Made by a program: the position numbers and the translations under genes. A DNA stretch of 63,914 nt, counting the filler, from Polymyxa betae A26-41 (taxonomy: Eukaryota; Protista; Endomyxa: Phytomyxea), in assembly GCA_003693705.1 (NCBI GenBank). It is 5 parts of 5 records of this genome, joined end to end, with 100 filler letters (N's around TTAATTAATTAA, not from the genome) between each part and the next. Parts side by side here need not be neighbours in the genome. Positions count along the whole stretch, not along the records: positions 1 to 20,724 come from RBZT01000273.1; 4 more parts are not named here. One strand, given 5' to 3'. Positions 1 through 13,689 of the stretch are shown here, in pieces. Within the stretch, counting starts at the first letter, position 1; each line of letters opens with the position of its first letter. Under the pieces are notes generated by a model, which saw nothing but the letters and a program-made list of their open reading frames with translations, ran no database searches and was not told the origin of the DNA.

Positions 1-184
1 TTGGTAAACTCCGCGGCGGAGTTTTCATCCACCGTGGCTGTAGGCCATCACCCACTGGTTTCACAGTATAGTAATTCTGCGCGTCGGGGTTCTCTAGCGA
101 CTTGGGTTGTTGTGGAGGCGCCACACTGCTGGAAGGTGTACAGATACTAGTCGAGTGTTGGCTCGCGGTGGCAGCGAGATTGTC

Positions 185-874
185 TGTCGTGTGAGCCTTT
201 TCTCCTCCCCGCGTATAGTCGTCTGTTATGCTCTCGGGATTGGACGCAATACCAACAAAAGGGAAGAAAACGAAAATTGATACAGATAAAAAAGTCGACA
301 TAGCAATCGGCACTCAACACGACACCGGCGACGAGTTCCACCACCAATGGGAGCTCCACGACTGGCAGAACGTCGACGACGACCAGCACGACGATGAGGA
401 CGAGCTTGAAGACCAGCTCGTCTACCACGACGAGCTCCAAGACCGGTAGGATTTCCACCATGACCCGCTCGACCAGCATGTTGACCATCAGCCCAAGCTC
501 GACGACCAGCACGATCATCACACCTGCTCGACGACCAGCACGATGGTTTGCTGGACGACATCCACGACCAGCAGGATGACTACCTGGACGAGCTCGACCA
601 GCAAGACAATCTCCAGGACCAGCACGACGATCAGCCCGAGCTCGACGACCAACACGATCACCACGACCAGCTCGACGACCAGCTAGACCAGCACGTTGAC
701 AAGATTGAGAACCAGCACGATTAGCTCGACCACCACGACCAGCTCGCCCACGACAGTCTCTGTTTGAACCTGTCAAACAGAGACTGTCGAGTGCCACTGG
801 ACGTGTGGCATGATCATAGTTACGTTACGTTTATGTTACTAAACTAGTCATGTATTGTGTCCCCAACCACGACA
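185..874. repeat. Probable solo-LTR-like element with an internal degenerate GACCAGC(A/T)CGAC minisatellite
   Basis: Starts TGTCGTG (185) and ends CACGACA (874), a 7-bp inverted terminus like the Gypsy LTR end at 16234. About 330-750 is degenerate short repeats. Flanks only partly match (tgtc/tgta). Confidence 0.35.
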
Positions 875-1480
875 TGTACTCATGGCAGTAGAATTGCTTG
901 TACAACCCTACGCAGTTTACGTTACCAAGATGCGGTATTTCTACATGAACTAACACAATCTAGATAAGAATTCAAGAGATAGATAAGAAATAAAGAGAAG
1001 GTAAGAGATAATTGAAAGGGAGAGATAGCAGAGAAGGGTAAAAGAGGGGTGGACAAATAGGATGCTAGAAGACGAGACGAGACGAACGAGGTTAGTAAAA
1101 ACGCACGTTGATCGGACTGCAGGCTGTTCAGGGCCTTCAGTCCGATATAGGCAAAGGTATATTAAGTGAATATATATAAATGTAAACTGTCACAGAAGAT
1201 ATTTCCTGAATCGTGAATCAAAGTCAGGACAAGGATATGACAGTTTCTCCTCCTGGCGCCGCGGTCCAGGTTTATCGGGATAGTTACAATGGAAATTGGA
1301 GATTGCGTTAAGAAGGAACGGGGTTGCGCTGGAGATTATTGATGTCGCTGGTTCCCAAGTCCTTTCCTCCAAGGAATAACCCTTCCATGAATATGGAATT
1401 GAAGCTGAGAACGAATCCGCCGAGAGCCGGCAATGAGCTCGACTTCGTATATCGGTTGATTGTCTTCATCAAGCATAAGA
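875..1480 (-). mobile_element. 3' remnant of a Ty3/Gypsy chromovirus (chromodomain plus probable 3' LTR)
   Basis: Minus strand reads PIYEVELIAGSRRIRSQLQFHI/WKGYSLEERTWEP, a chromodomain with one frameshift. A TGTGACAG-initiated non-coding segment follows (about 1193 down to 875). Confidence 0.65.
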
Positions 1481-1989
1481 ATAAAGAGCTGTGAGATCAG
1501 CTGGTCCATTGTCCATCAAATTGTCAAAATTATCATCATCGGTAATTTCTTCGAGTTCAGCGGGTTCCTAATGAAATCAGCGATTCTTTAGAAACGTCCG
1601 TAAAGTGGGCAAATGATACGTTAGTTCTAAAAAATATATACGTTACGGACTTGGAGAAGTGCTCAGGAGAATCTGCGGCGCGGGGCCTCCCATCGTATCT
1701 TTGATTAGAAATGCAAATGGCCTAAAAAGATAACGTTTGTAGGATGCATAGAAGAAACGTTAGACGCAGCACCCTCGGCCTCCGTAGAACTGCAGCTCCA
1801 TCTCCTGATTTACTGGTAAACTCACATATCGACGCCACTTTGCTTGGACTGTTTGCCAGCAGCAATGTCTGAAGCCGATAACGATTGTGTGAAACTGCAG
1901 CCAAGTGCAGTTAAATCGCGGGCCGCTCCTGTTAGCCCAGATTTGTTGGAAGGACTAGTGAAATCATACCAGATCCATTTCTCCGAATT

Positions 1990-2483
1990 CTGCAAAAGTA
2001 AATAAACCATCTAGATTTTATTTCTATCGTTCACAGCTCTAATGTAGAATCCGGCAAGCGTCCTATGCAATCTATTCCAAGTAAAGTTTGGGAGAATGTG
2101 ATGAAAGATGTTACCGAAGAGTTTTTTGGAAGCCAACCTGTCAAAGATCCCAAGCGGATTCGTCAGTTAAAAGACAATCTGAGCCGGTATCTGAAGTCGT
2201 TGAATACGGGCACCTTCAATGGGGAGACGAGGTCCTAAAGCAGTTAAAGGAATCCGATACATACCCCGATGCTAGTGAGGGCGACATTGTCGTAGTCGGT
2301 AATGGTGATTCGGAAAATGAACCTGACATGACGAAAAAGGAGAGCCGGTCGCGTTCTTCTGTAGCTATAGAAAATATTGCAGCAAATTCCCTGACACAAA
2401 CAAATTTGCAATTGAAGTTTTCGCAGAGCAGTCTGAAAAAACAAACTCTTAAACACAAATCTGCTGAACTGCAACGCGTTTGA
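1990..2483 (+). pseudogene. Harbinger-associated Myb/SANT-like DNA-binding ORF remnant
   Basis: Reads IPSKVWENVMKDVTEEFFG...RQLKDNLSRYLKSLNTG, then an acidic/coiled tail. Frameshifted. Confidence 0.45.
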
Positions 2484-2623
2484 AAAAAGAAATTCTGAAC
2501 AAGGCTGATTTGGAAGTTTTGATTCTGAAACAACAACACGACCTTCTCAGCGAAGAAGAGTTCCAACAAGCAAAATTGCTTAATTAAAAGTAGATGTATG
2601 TATGGTTGGAATAAAAATGATAT

Positions 2624-3700
2624 TCACTCTGCCTCTGGTCCGACGTCCCAGGCGCCTCCATCGATGTTGCCTAAATCGTTCATCTGGAGATTCATTCTTC
2701 TGCGGTGCTGAAAGTTGGTCAATATGCCGCTGCATTCCATTATTTCATGAAATTTTGCTCTCCGCATAGGAAACGTATCCTGAGGAATTCGCCATTTCAT
2801 CTTCAACACTCCGATGCCCCATTCGACCTGGATACGCTTACCAGCGTGACGTTTGTTGAGTGCATTGAGCACTGGTCCAACAATTCCAACATCTTCACGT
2901 AAATCAACGCGCCGCATGATAAACATATCGGCTCAAATACAACCGGCTATGTTCAGATCAACGAATTGATACTCGAATAGAACGTACTATCTCCTAGAAG
3001 ATATTCGAAATAGTTCTGCTCCTTCAATGTGAAATAATTACGCCAGCTACGATACAAATCCGATTGTTTCAGGATAGTGATATCGTGATATGATCCAGCA
3101 TAACCCGAATCAATATAGATAATCAGCCCATCATGGTCAACAGCGATAGTATTGTTGAAACCATATATCATTTTGCGCCCCGTGTAGTAACGTCTTGAAA
3201 AATGCTCATTCATAGTCGACGGCCGCCAGATCTTGACAAGCGTGAAGTCTATAAATCCTATGCACCCGTATAAGAAGGGTTCTTTTCGAGCCAGTTTGCG
3301 TCGTCTTTGTTCATTAGGCCACTGGATTTCGTTGGCCATAGTATTGGTGATCAATCCTGCTATGAATAGACAATCCTCGCAAGCTGAAGATCGGGACCGG
3401 TTCCAACGCGCAGCCTCGTCGCGACACGATTGTTTCTGATAAGCTGTGAACAATAATTTTTACGAAGGCCTGTTTTACTTTTCTAAGAAACAAAATCGCA
3501 GCTAGGAGCCTCTGCTCTACAGATAGTTTTGGAGGCCTCCCACGTTTGATATGGGCCTGTCTGGTTGAGCGGGACGTACTGACAATGACTGGACACATAA
3601 TGGCAGCGAATTCCTGAACTTTTATTGAGTTTGTATAGACAGATGACTTTACAGCTTCGTACTGTCCATTCGTCCAAAGTGAAGCCAGACTGATTGTAAA
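2624..3700 (-). pseudogene. Harbinger (DDE_Tnp_4-type) transposase, disrupted, with a ~41-nt intron
   Basis: Motifs GCIGFIDFT, YYTGRK..YGFN, GYAGSYHDITI, YLLGD-TG, NKRHAGKRIQVEWGIGVLKMKWRI. A GTACGT...CATAG intron follows GD. Confidence 0.85.
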
Positions 3701-4169
3701 ATATCGACGCGGGCCCGGAAACGATCCTGTCTAAGAAGTCATGGACTGGCCGCTCACTATCGACACTAAAATCGACATCAACTTGGTCAGGAAGATTGTC
3801 GTCGTTCAGATCCAGCAGCTGTGAAGTGAGGGCGCAGGCTTGAGCCTGTACATTGTGCGACTCCAGAATAAAAGACAGGACGTGAACAACAGCAGCATCG
3901 TGTCGCTATGATGGATCCGCGAACTCTTCTGCCGTTGTAGACAACGCTGAACAGCTCAGGATTCGCAGATGTAGGCAGGCAATGCTGACGGAGTCCGATG
4001 GGCGCAGCCTATATCTAACGAATTTTCTACCGTATCTTTTTATTACAAGGACTTTACGGACGCCTATGATCTGAACTTATCTTTCGATAAAGTGCGTAAA
4101 AATCATACGTTGACTTTCCGGACGCTTCTTTTGTAATCATCGACCCGTTCTGACGGGTTCTCAAGGGGA

Positions 4170-5380
4170 AACTTCTTCTTGACCAAGGATTGAAAATGGC
4201 TGCTTGGCTCATCAGTCAGAAGAAACCATTCGGGTGCTTGATATAAGCAGTCAAAATAGTCGCTTTCATGAACCAATAGGTTTTCGTAGGCCGCAATCCA
4301 GGTATCTTTCTAGTATGATTCATTGAACAGCGCCTCCAATGGGACAAAAAGTGAATCGTGTTCAAATGATTCAGCAGCGACGAGACCACCTAAAAAGCAA
4401 ACGATTTTTTGATTGCGGTTGGAGACTGCGTTTTTCCTCAATCAACGACCAACTGAGCAACCACATTATAAGCTGGAACCTTGGGATAACCGGCTTTCGC
4501 CTGCAAAGTGGCATCATCAATGGCTTTTTCAACGTCTGTGTCATATTGCGTACGGTAATATTGCTGGAACTGCGGTTTACCGCTACATCTAAGGGTTGCA
4601 GAATATTGGTAAGATTTGGAGAGACAATCTGAACGAGTATGGAGGACTGGTTCACGAAAGAAGGCAGTTTCGAGACAACTTCGAATGGTTTTCTCGACAA
4701 AAGATCGCACTATTTCCACACTGAACATTTCGGATTTATTAACATCGCAATGAACGTCCGAGGACAGAGTTGGCTTGCTTTTGAGTCCAGAGAACAGAAG
4801 ATGAGGCTTAAGGAATTGGACTGTCCGTCTCCGGTTATCAAGAATGTGACCGTGAACCTCTTGTGAGATGTACCTCCCTTTCTTATTAAAACTCCGCGTG
4901 TCCCTTTCCTGGTGATCTTGCTCACCGGGTTTCGTTTCAAAATACCGAGGTAAATGATCCATATTGGTTACGTTCTGCGATTTGATGTTGTGCTGCTTCA
5001 TGATAGAGTGAATATTCTGAATGAAGGAGCGGCATATCTGATCAGCATGTTCATGAAGTGTCCTGGTGGTTGTCTGACGTCTGGAACATACTTCCATCTC
5101 TGTTTGAACCTGGGGAGCCAGCCGGTGGATGCGGCAAAGTGGCTTCGAATCTCATTTCCAGCTACATTCATCGCAATAGCATGGAGGTTCCGCGCCTTCG
5201 CTTGAAGATATTGATCTTTCATTCGTATCCCTTCCTATTTTTCTCGGTAATCCAGGCATCTAACTTCTTTTCAATTTCGAGGAACTTAGCTTTGGGTGCG
5301 CCACCAGGAAAATGGCGAGAACGTCTGCTGCTTTCGTTAGGGTTTTGCTACTGACTTTCGATCACTTTAGATATCAGTTG
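4170..5380 (-). mobile_element. pogo/Tc5-type (CENP-B HTH + DDE_1) transposase pseudogene
   Basis: FAASTGWLPRFKQRW (HTH_Tnp_Tc5 end), VTNMDHLPRYFE and TNILQPLDVAVNR-SFQQYYRTQYD, spread over several frames. Confidence 0.85.
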
Positions 5381-5477
5381 AATCTCGAATGCTATTAGGA
5401 AGTCAGTAAACGCAGGAGCATCTGCCTTAACGTCGTTCCAGATTGTTCACACGTCGAACGCACAGCTCAACATCCAG

Positions 5478-6081
5478 ATGCAAGAGGCAATTCTGCGAAC
5501 CCGTGAACGAAAGATCCTAATCAGACATGACAGTATCAATTAAACTTACTTGACACGTTATGAAGAGCTCAAGAGGTGGTGTTTGGATAAGAGGTTTATA
5601 ATGGCACTAATCGCACTGGTGATAATTCATTTCTTTCTCAAAGACCAAGTCATTGGGAGAAATTGCAGGAAGCGAAAGAGTACCGACCACCATCCTCCTC
5701 GCGAAGTCGGAAAATCAACAGTTCATGGTTATACAGCGGCCATCGTTGACCTGTGGCGTCAGCAAATTGCTCTGCAAATGAACTCACATCCAAACCCTCA
5801 GAAGAATACAGTGAAGCAGCTGTTGAAGAATCCGGGAATGAAGCTCAGCAGCACCGTCGTGAGACTGTCGTCTACCGTGGGATCGAAACATTGATAAACG
5901 GATACACAAACACAGAACAAACGGTTAAAATTTCCAATGTCTTTGGAACAAGCAAAGACATTTCGAGCAGCATTTAAGAAACCTGTCCCCTTTCTTCGTC
6001 TCGCATTATGGGTTGTTGAGAAAAGCAACCGTTAGAAATCTGGATCTGTCTGGTATGCATTCTGTACATATGGAACATGAA
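5478..6081 (+). mobile_element. Crypton (Ndc10/CryptonF-type tyrosine recombinase) 5' fragment
   Basis: FFLKDQVIGR, VHGYTAAIVDLWRQQIALQMNSHPNP..VKQLLK, RGIETLINGY, SHYGLLRKATVRNLDLS. Frameshifted and truncated at TTAGGGTTAGGG. Confidence 0.75.
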
Positions 6082-6613
6082 GTTAGGGTTAGGGTCTACG
6101 CGGAGTTGGCATCACGATGACGACATCACAGTGACAATCGAGACTTTACGTGATAGCACGACGACGACCAAACAGCATAGATAGAGCTTTTCAAAGACAA
6201 TGGAGAAGCCCAAGCAGACGATGATTACAATAATGAAACCTAATGCTGTTTGAGAGAAAATCACTTACAGCAGCAGCAGCAGAAGTGCAACAGCAATAGA
6301 TGCGTTTGGAACAGCAGTAACAGAATGTGTGTCATACATTCCAGCACTTGTACAATTTGCTCGTGCGAAACGAAAAAACATCACAGGGTAGATGAATCAC
6401 AAAAAAAGTAATGAGAGGCAACCTACAGATAATTTCAAAATAACCGATATTTCCTCATTCATGACAAATTCCAATTATCACTTACAACAGAAGCTCCAGC
6501 AACAGCAGTAGCTGAAGCAACAGCTGTGACTGCTTTGATGGCAGCAGCATTAGAATCATCATCAGCATCTGCAGCAGCAATAACAGAAACTGAGGCAGGA
6601 TCTGAGGCAGAAA

Positions 6614-8345
6614 TGTTGGAATGTGACTCGAGATTGTCAGAAGATTCCAAGCCTGGAAAATTCCAACGAGTCGGAGAGCGTGAAGTGGGCACTAGTCGTT
6701 CTGTCCCGGAATGTTCTTGGGAATGTTCCTGATAGTATTTGATCGATGTTTGTTTATTATAAAAGATCAGTAGTGTTTCGGTTATTGCATTGGAGCATCG
6801 GAAGGCCTTCGAGGAAACTATGACGGACGAGCAACCTCTAGATCAGCGACTCCACTACGAGATGAGAGATCCACGTGCTCCACACCTTTCAACGTGTTAA
6901 GGGCCCAGCCTTCGTTCAGTATCAATGCCCGCAATCGAACAGCTATAACTGGACGATTTCGAGCCTGTATTTAGGGCCTATCTTCGAGGTCACGGGTTGG
7001 TTAGGTTACCTGAAAACAAAACACCGGCGGTAAAACATCGGCGAGGCCGGTGTGTGATCTTTGTCATTCGTTATCTGTCACTGCTGTAGAGAAAAGAGTC
7101 AGCTAGAGTATATCTATGGAACCACACACCCAGCAGAAGCATGGACGGCACTTCGGAATGTCCCCAGTTAAAGTTAAGCCCTGAACATTTTCAGCTTAAG
7201 ATCGGAGTTTTATCAGGCGAGGTTACGGTCAAGGAATTCGCGAAATACACGAAAGAGTTGGCCCGAAGGATTAAGACGGCCGGAGGAGGAAATGTCTCGT
7301 ACGTAGACAATTTTACAACGATATTGATGGCCGTCAAGCGCAACCCACGTTACAGCCTGACGGTTGAATGCCTGATGAATCAGCCCTCCAAGTTCGAAGG
7401 CGGTAAAATTGTTAAGCCTAAGGACGCGGAGAGGCGATCAGATTTACTGTAGGATTGCGGAACGTTTCTAGAAACTGCGATGAACGCGGATACAAGCCGG
7501 GGCTGTCGGCGTGGACACGGAGGAAATAATAACGGGTCCTTTCAGACAGGACGCAGGCAAAGGACTGAGGATGTGGGAGACAAGGATACCTGCCGTAATT
7601 TTGGTCAGAAGGTGCACTTTGCGAGAGGATGCCGTAACGTAAAGTCCGAACACCAAAAAGAAGGCGCAGTTGAATGTTGCGGATGCGGAGTTATTGTCTA
7701 GCTCGGTGTCAGATGGATATGGGGGACGCGGAGTTTTTAGTTGGCTGTTAGACAGCGGGGCATCATGACATATTGTCAACGACCTGAGTATGTTGGAGAG
7801 CTGTCAGAAGTTGGAGCGGCCTGTACCTATTTGGCTCGGGGATGGCAATATGGTTTACGGCACAAATATCGAGCAATCACGAGTGCCGGAATATGTTCGG
7901 CTGAAACGATGTTGTTTGTGGGCGGTTTGAATGAATCTCTGATATCTACGAGTGCTGCGTGAGAGCTTAGTGGAATCGAGGCCTGGCAATCGCAGTATCG
8001 GTATGAGATTTTCGGTAACGAGCAGTTGTCGTTATCAGGGAAGAGAGTTGGGAAACAGTTCCGAATTCACGGAGTTATTTCGAAAGCAAGCAAAGAGTTT
8101 GTGTACTTCGCGGAGACTCTCAATGACGATGGACAAAGTCGTTTGGAGGTCGTCAGGGAAGTTAACGGCAAAAGCGCTCAGAACAAGAAGCTGAAAAGCT
8201 GCAACTTTTGGTGGGATCGTCGACAGGCTTCTAAATTTGTCGGTAAGTGTGTGCAGACGCGGACTCACGAAGTTTCAACAGCAAGCAATGCTCTCGTCTT
8301 GGAATGTTACTCGAGATTGCCAGAAGTTTCAACCAATTTCGATCA
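6614..8345 (+). mobile_element. Degenerate, internally deleted Ty1/Copia element
   Basis: LTR start TGTTGGAATGTGACTCGAGATTGTCAGAAG (6614) recurs with mismatches at 8297. PBS-like TGTTAAGGGCCCAG at 6895. Gag/knuckle remnants and protease-end motif LFVGGLNESLIS. Confidence 0.7.
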
Positions 8346-9084
8346 GTTAGGAAGTAATTAAGCTGACTGGTCGATATTCGCCTGGTTTTGGTAGTGGTAT
8401 AATACATGCTCTTTTCAAGCCTGAAGGGTTTTCTGCATCGTGAAAGATCTATTGTTTGTTGATGGCGTTCAGCATTAGCTCGCGAAACTCGTTTGGTCCT
8501 TTGGAGGATCTCATAATTGCATTTTTGACGGCTTGTTCGAGCGCTCTCTGGGTGGATCTGTCTTTGTCATCCATTTCGGTCATCGCTCTGTATTCAAGGA
8601 TGTTTAGTTCGTTTTATAATTCATCTTGTTCTATCTGTGAGGGCTGACCTCGTTCTGCCCAAATATTCGTTCAAATTTTTGAGCAATTTCTTCACCTGTG
8701 TTGGGCTGATTACCTTTTATCTAATCTGGTTGGGTAGTGATTTTTTATCGATTCCAGTTTCTATTTCTGTAATGATTTTATTAGATTCCGCTCGTGTGCT
8801 ATCTTCGCACGCTGTTTTATTTGCATAGAGCCTGTTCCATATAGAATTTAATCCATTGCATTTATTGCGCCCTTATTAAATCTGGTCGGAAGGCAGTGCT
8901 TAACAAAATTATCGCACTGCCTTTTGGTTGCTATTGCTGTCGATATCATCTCCATCGACATGTCTGCCGACGACCTCAACGACGCTGGAATAGCAGTCTC
9001 GCCGATGACTCGGGACTGCGGGCCATTTCTCTTGCTTTCTTTCCTCCGGGTCTGTTTTCTAATGCGGTCAATTATATACTCCAA
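8346..9084 (-). mobile_element. Non-LTR retrotransposon (LINE) ORF2 fragment
   Basis: Minus strand gives PSGLKRACIIPLPKPGEYRPVSL, the canonical start of LINE reverse transcriptase. The rest is degenerate. Confidence 0.7.
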
Positions 9085-10639
9085 AAACGTCGTGGGAGAC
9101 CTTCCTTGAAACCTAATACAGATGAAAATGGAGTCAATTGGACGGCGGAAATGATTGGATTTTTCTTTTGGAACAGAAGGCAGTGTTCACCCGCAGTTTT
9201 TGAACAATTTTCTAGTCAGTGCTCAATAAAATGATCAATTGCGTGGCGGTCACTATTGATGATTTATCGACCTCATTTTTGTTTTTTTTTACTGGTTTTC
9301 ATACAGACTGCTCCATCATCCGAATGACCTCTTCAGCGTAATATTTGTCAGCTTTCATATAATGGGCTTTTTATATGGCTTATAAGTGCTGCTTATAACG
9401 GCTCAAATATCTCGTCATCTTTCATTATTTTTCGCAGCTTAGATATCATAAAAGCCTCATTTTGAAAACCAGGCGATCATTTTGGCATGCACGGTACGCT
9501 ATCGTAATCTTGCGCGATCGCATAAAGGTCGTCCTCGATCTTTTGTATATCACTTTGCAATGTCTTTGTAAACGCAAGAACAACTACCTTGCGAAATGCA
9601 TGGGTACGATGGTTTGCAGTCGTAATTTGAGTCGCATTCTGGAGATGTTGAACACTTCAGCATGCATGTACAGCGATGTTTTTTAATACAAATTGATCTG
9701 GAATTCGAATGTAGTCCTCGACAAAGTTTGCAGATATTGAGCACTGGTCGCACGACTCACCCCAAGGTATAGTCGGGACAACCATTCCACTCTCAGATAA
9801 CAGCCGATCTTTAACAATTATCTTATTTTTCATATTTAAATCTGACACTATAGTAAACGATACCTTTTGGAATGGATGCGGTGGCGCACGATTGGTTTCT
9901 TCAGCTTCGCGACAGCTGGAGTTATTTGCTGGATACGGCGGATTGAGAACATTATGCATCTTTGTGTAGAAGTTAGCTGTCGTAATATCGGCACATAATT
10001 AGATTTAAAGAATCAATTCAATATATTTATCAATAGAGAAAGAAAGATTCTCACTCTTTCACAATGCAACAATCTAAGAAAACAAACCTGAAATTACTCT
10101 ACCCGATAAAACAACGACCACGCAGTAACTGGATTCAGATAATCAGATTCGTCAGAAAACCAAGACTTAGATCGTTCCTCAGGCTGTCTGCACTGAAGCT
10201 CGGTTCCAGTATTCGTAGGAAACAGAATATCGTCAAAATCCGGCTGGTGAAGGGACACAGCCTCATTCTCAGCAAAGCTTCCTGATTTTTGAAACGAGCT
10301 GGCACAAAACAACGGACGTCTCCAAAGGCTGTCTGCAAAGTAAGCTGTCTTGAACTGAAAAGTGAGATAAAGCAGTCCTTGATCACCATCTTTGATAGTT
10401 GAAGGAGATTGACAGCGCCAGATATCTTCATTGTCACCGATTTATGGGTCTGCTGCGGCTTCCATGGAATCAACTAATTAACTCTGAGCATTTGCATGCA
10501 AATGGTTATCAGTTACTGATACCTAACGACTGTCCCGGCCGAGTTGAAGAAGATTGAGGATCATCCACCGCGGAGCGTAGAACATCTGCCGGTAACGCTT
10601 CTGCCGTCATTGCTGGATGTAGTCAGATAATATAGAAGA

Positions 10640-11960
10640 CAATTCAGAATGTCATACCCGCTGGCAGATTGATCTGGACGGCTGACGATAAATTCCTCAG
10701 ACGAAATGCGCGGTATCCGACCGAAATGATTGTCGAATCGGATACAAATGTTGACTCGTGCTTGGTAGGCCTGACACGACCTGCTTGGCAATCCTGATAC
10801 TTACCGAAAACTTCTTCGCAATCTTGTCTAAGCTGTTCTACTAAATAGTGGGATGGCCTTTCCCAGGGAACAGACAATTCAGATGTCTGTTTTATGTTCG
10901 CAGTGCGTTTTTTGTAGGATTCGCGATCCATTGATCGTTGATTTTGTTGTGGATTTTTCGTTCATCAGGCGAGAGTTTTCTCATCCACGTCGCACGAAAG
11001 AACTCAATACAGAGAAAGTCGCAGCTTCTTGCGAATGTACTTTAATCCAAGTGTACATATCTCTTCGTGCTCAGTTAGAATATCCAGGACACAGGATTCA
11101 TTAATCGATAGATGATGTTTTCAGCAACGTGCAGCTCCGTAAGGTGCCTGCGATTGGCCTGCTTCCAGTGAAGCAGGCCGCCAATGATATAGGTTTCATT
11201 GCCGAATACTCCTAATCTTACATGACAAGCCGATCGTGATGTAGAAAAGCACTCCTAAACGGAATTATTTTACCTTTCATAGACTTCATACGTTTTTTTC
11301 GAAATCGCAACTGTAGCGATTGTGATTGACCTGCCCATTACAACGGTGCTGAGGTTCAAAGCAAACTGGTACAAAAAAGAAATTTGGCCAGTCTTCAGGA
11401 TATGAAAAACTGGTATGTACATGTCACTTCCGGCGTCTCTGGTCATTATTACTAGAAGCTGTATAACCTTATCTGGACATCGATAAACAGATGTACTCCC
11501 TGAGGCCACCATGGCTCCTGTTTTCAACACGAGATATGACTTGCTTTCTGTCCTCCTTATAAAGGGGGACTCTGCCATACTTCGAAACAATTGCATATTT
11601 CACCGCTATCCAGATCGATTCCGCTGTTGGAACGTTGAAAAACAGCCAAATCATCAACATGATCTTTCATCTAATCCGAATCTGATCAGCAATTGACCCA
11701 TTCCCTAACTGTTGACAAACAATCCACCTCTTCGATCACGTCCACCACTTCCAAAGGGCATTCGGAATTGTCTAAGCCAATTCGGCAGGTATGCTCTCTC
11801 GAATCAAATCCTTGGTCAATGTTACCATCCGGATCGACCACGACAGCAGCTGGGCACGAACATTGCCGCTTCTTGAACCAAGGCCATTCGCTGCATAGAT
11901 AGTATTGTTGACCGTTGCTCTACCCGAATTTACTTATTTATAGCGGCCGACGAAAACCGA
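10640..11960 (-). mobile_element. MULE/Mutator transposase pseudogene
   Basis: RCPDKVIQLLVIMTRDAGSDMYIPVFHILKTG and IIGGLLHWKQANRR, a degenerate MULE GCxFHWxQA motif. Confidence 0.7.
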
Positions 11961-12139
11961 TGGATGCTGTGCTGTCGATGCTGGCATTTTTCCAATTAAA
12001 ATATAGCGAGTTGGGAGAAGAAAACAGATTTTACGGATTTGATAATTTTAGTGAGCATTGAACATAAAATGGTCATTTAAGGATTGCGCTCGCATTAGCT
12101 TGTAGTAATAACGCAGTCCAAGCGTCACGAGAGATACTG

Positions 12140-13689
12140 TCAGTTACTACCCTATGCAAGTCAAATTTTACTGATAAACAGATCAATGCAGATCTCAAAA
12201 CAGTATATCGCAAGGTCCAAGAGGCCGAACAAGAAGCCGGCAACAAGAAACCTTAAAAAACCTCTGTACTGGGAACCGCTCAACAATCATTTCGGCGGAC
12301 GACAGAGCGCTGCGCGCTCAAATCTTCTCAAGGATGGTGACTGTGATCAGAAACCAGGCCACGAGATACAGGAAAATGTATCATCTTCAAAAGAATTCTC
12401 AGCACCGTCCTGCAAAAAAGAAAAGTAGACGTTAACGGTCGCCTGGATGCTGTAGCGTCGGTGGACACCGATATCAAACAGGGCTTGGAGAGCTTGGCAA
12501 CAAAACGATACAGGCGATGTCTGCACGTGTGCGCAATACGGGTTAAAGTTTAGTTGATGCAATGAAGCTTCAAACAGCGCACATTCAAAAACCTAACGAA
12601 CTGCTTGAAGCCAGTAATTCAAGGGCTGAGCAGATATTTGAGCTAGAACGCAACAAATCGCCAATCGTAGGCAAACACAGAATCTATTGTTGGAGGCAAT
12701 GGCAAAATTTTTGCAAAAGTACACTTACAACCGCTTAAAAGTCTGGTCGCATCATAAAACTTAGTCCTTGATCCTCTCTCGATTGGTTATAGCCTGTTCG
12801 AGTCCTAATGTTGGCCCATGAACTTGCTGGCACACAGACGCATTTTCCACACAGACGCGTCTTCTGAATCGCTCGAGTCCGGTTCGACTTCAGCAGCCAC
12901 GTTGTCATCGAGGCTGGAAGATGCGGTAATTTCAATAAATTTTGCGATTTATTTTTTATTGCATTCTTACCAATCGATCGAGAATAACGGGTTCTCGCGC
13001 AGATCTAAGTGAATACTATTGATAGTTGCAGCAAAACGTTTGTAATGCTGGTGCTCGTCATGGCGAAACATTTTCAAAACAGTGAATTAGAGCTTGGTCC
13101 GAGTATCGCCCGCATGGTAAGCCGGCTGACCACAAAACGATTTTTAAAACACCAAGACTGAAAGCTACTTCGTATTTGAGCCCAGCGTGGTTAAGCTTGT
13201 GTGAGAAATATTCAGCATTGAAGGGGTGTGGCTCATCTATCCAGCAATCCGTACAATCAAAGGTGCAGCATGGAGCGCGATGAATCCAATTATCACAACG
13301 ATCATCAAAGCTAACCTATATTGTGGAAGCGCATATGTTAGAGAAGAATTTAGTACAAAATTCTTACCAGCTCCCGAAGATACGTCCTCGGTGTTATAAA
13401 CTTTTAAAATATGCAAAGCCCAAAGAAGCTTCTGACAATTCAGCCCTTTAATTTTTCTTGCCTGTGGCAGGAGCAGATTCCACAGCGATACCGTGACTGA
13501 GAGGGTGATTCCGAAATGAGTTTTGAAGATGCGATCCCAATGACGTGTCCCAGGCCTGGATCCGCCTATTATATGACTCGCATGATGAATAAAACAGCTG
13601 GAGTTGTTGCCGTCTCCAGACATCGTTAGCTTGTATAGCAGAGACGACAAATAAGCACGCAATTTTATGAGATTACTGTCATCACGCAA
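12140..13689. mobile_element. Second Harbinger-like remnant: Myb-like ORF (+) and transposase (-)
   Basis: Plus strand: DLKTVYRKVQEAEQEAGN..KKPLYWEPLNNHFG. Minus strand: DRIFKTHFG..QKLLWALHILKVYNTE and a C-terminal FRHDEHQH motif. Confidence 0.55.

Larger units (their letters stand above)
1562..4146. mobile_element. Degenerate PIF/Harbinger DNA transposon (transposase plus convergent Myb/SANT-like ORF)
   Basis: Two convergent ORFs typical of Harbinger. Imperfect subterminal inverted repeat AGAAACGTCCGTAAAGT (1590-1606) vs ACTTTCCGGACGCTTCT (4113-4129). Ends are approximate. Confidence 0.7.

Noticed and set aside
147-797. 216-aa ORF and overlapping low-complexity ORFs
   Set aside because: They arise from a stop-poor minisatellite open in several frames; no domain or coding signal.
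9300-10500. Cys-containing minus-strand ORF fragments
   Set aside because: Probably TE-derived, but no diagnostic motif was recognised, so they are left unassigned.
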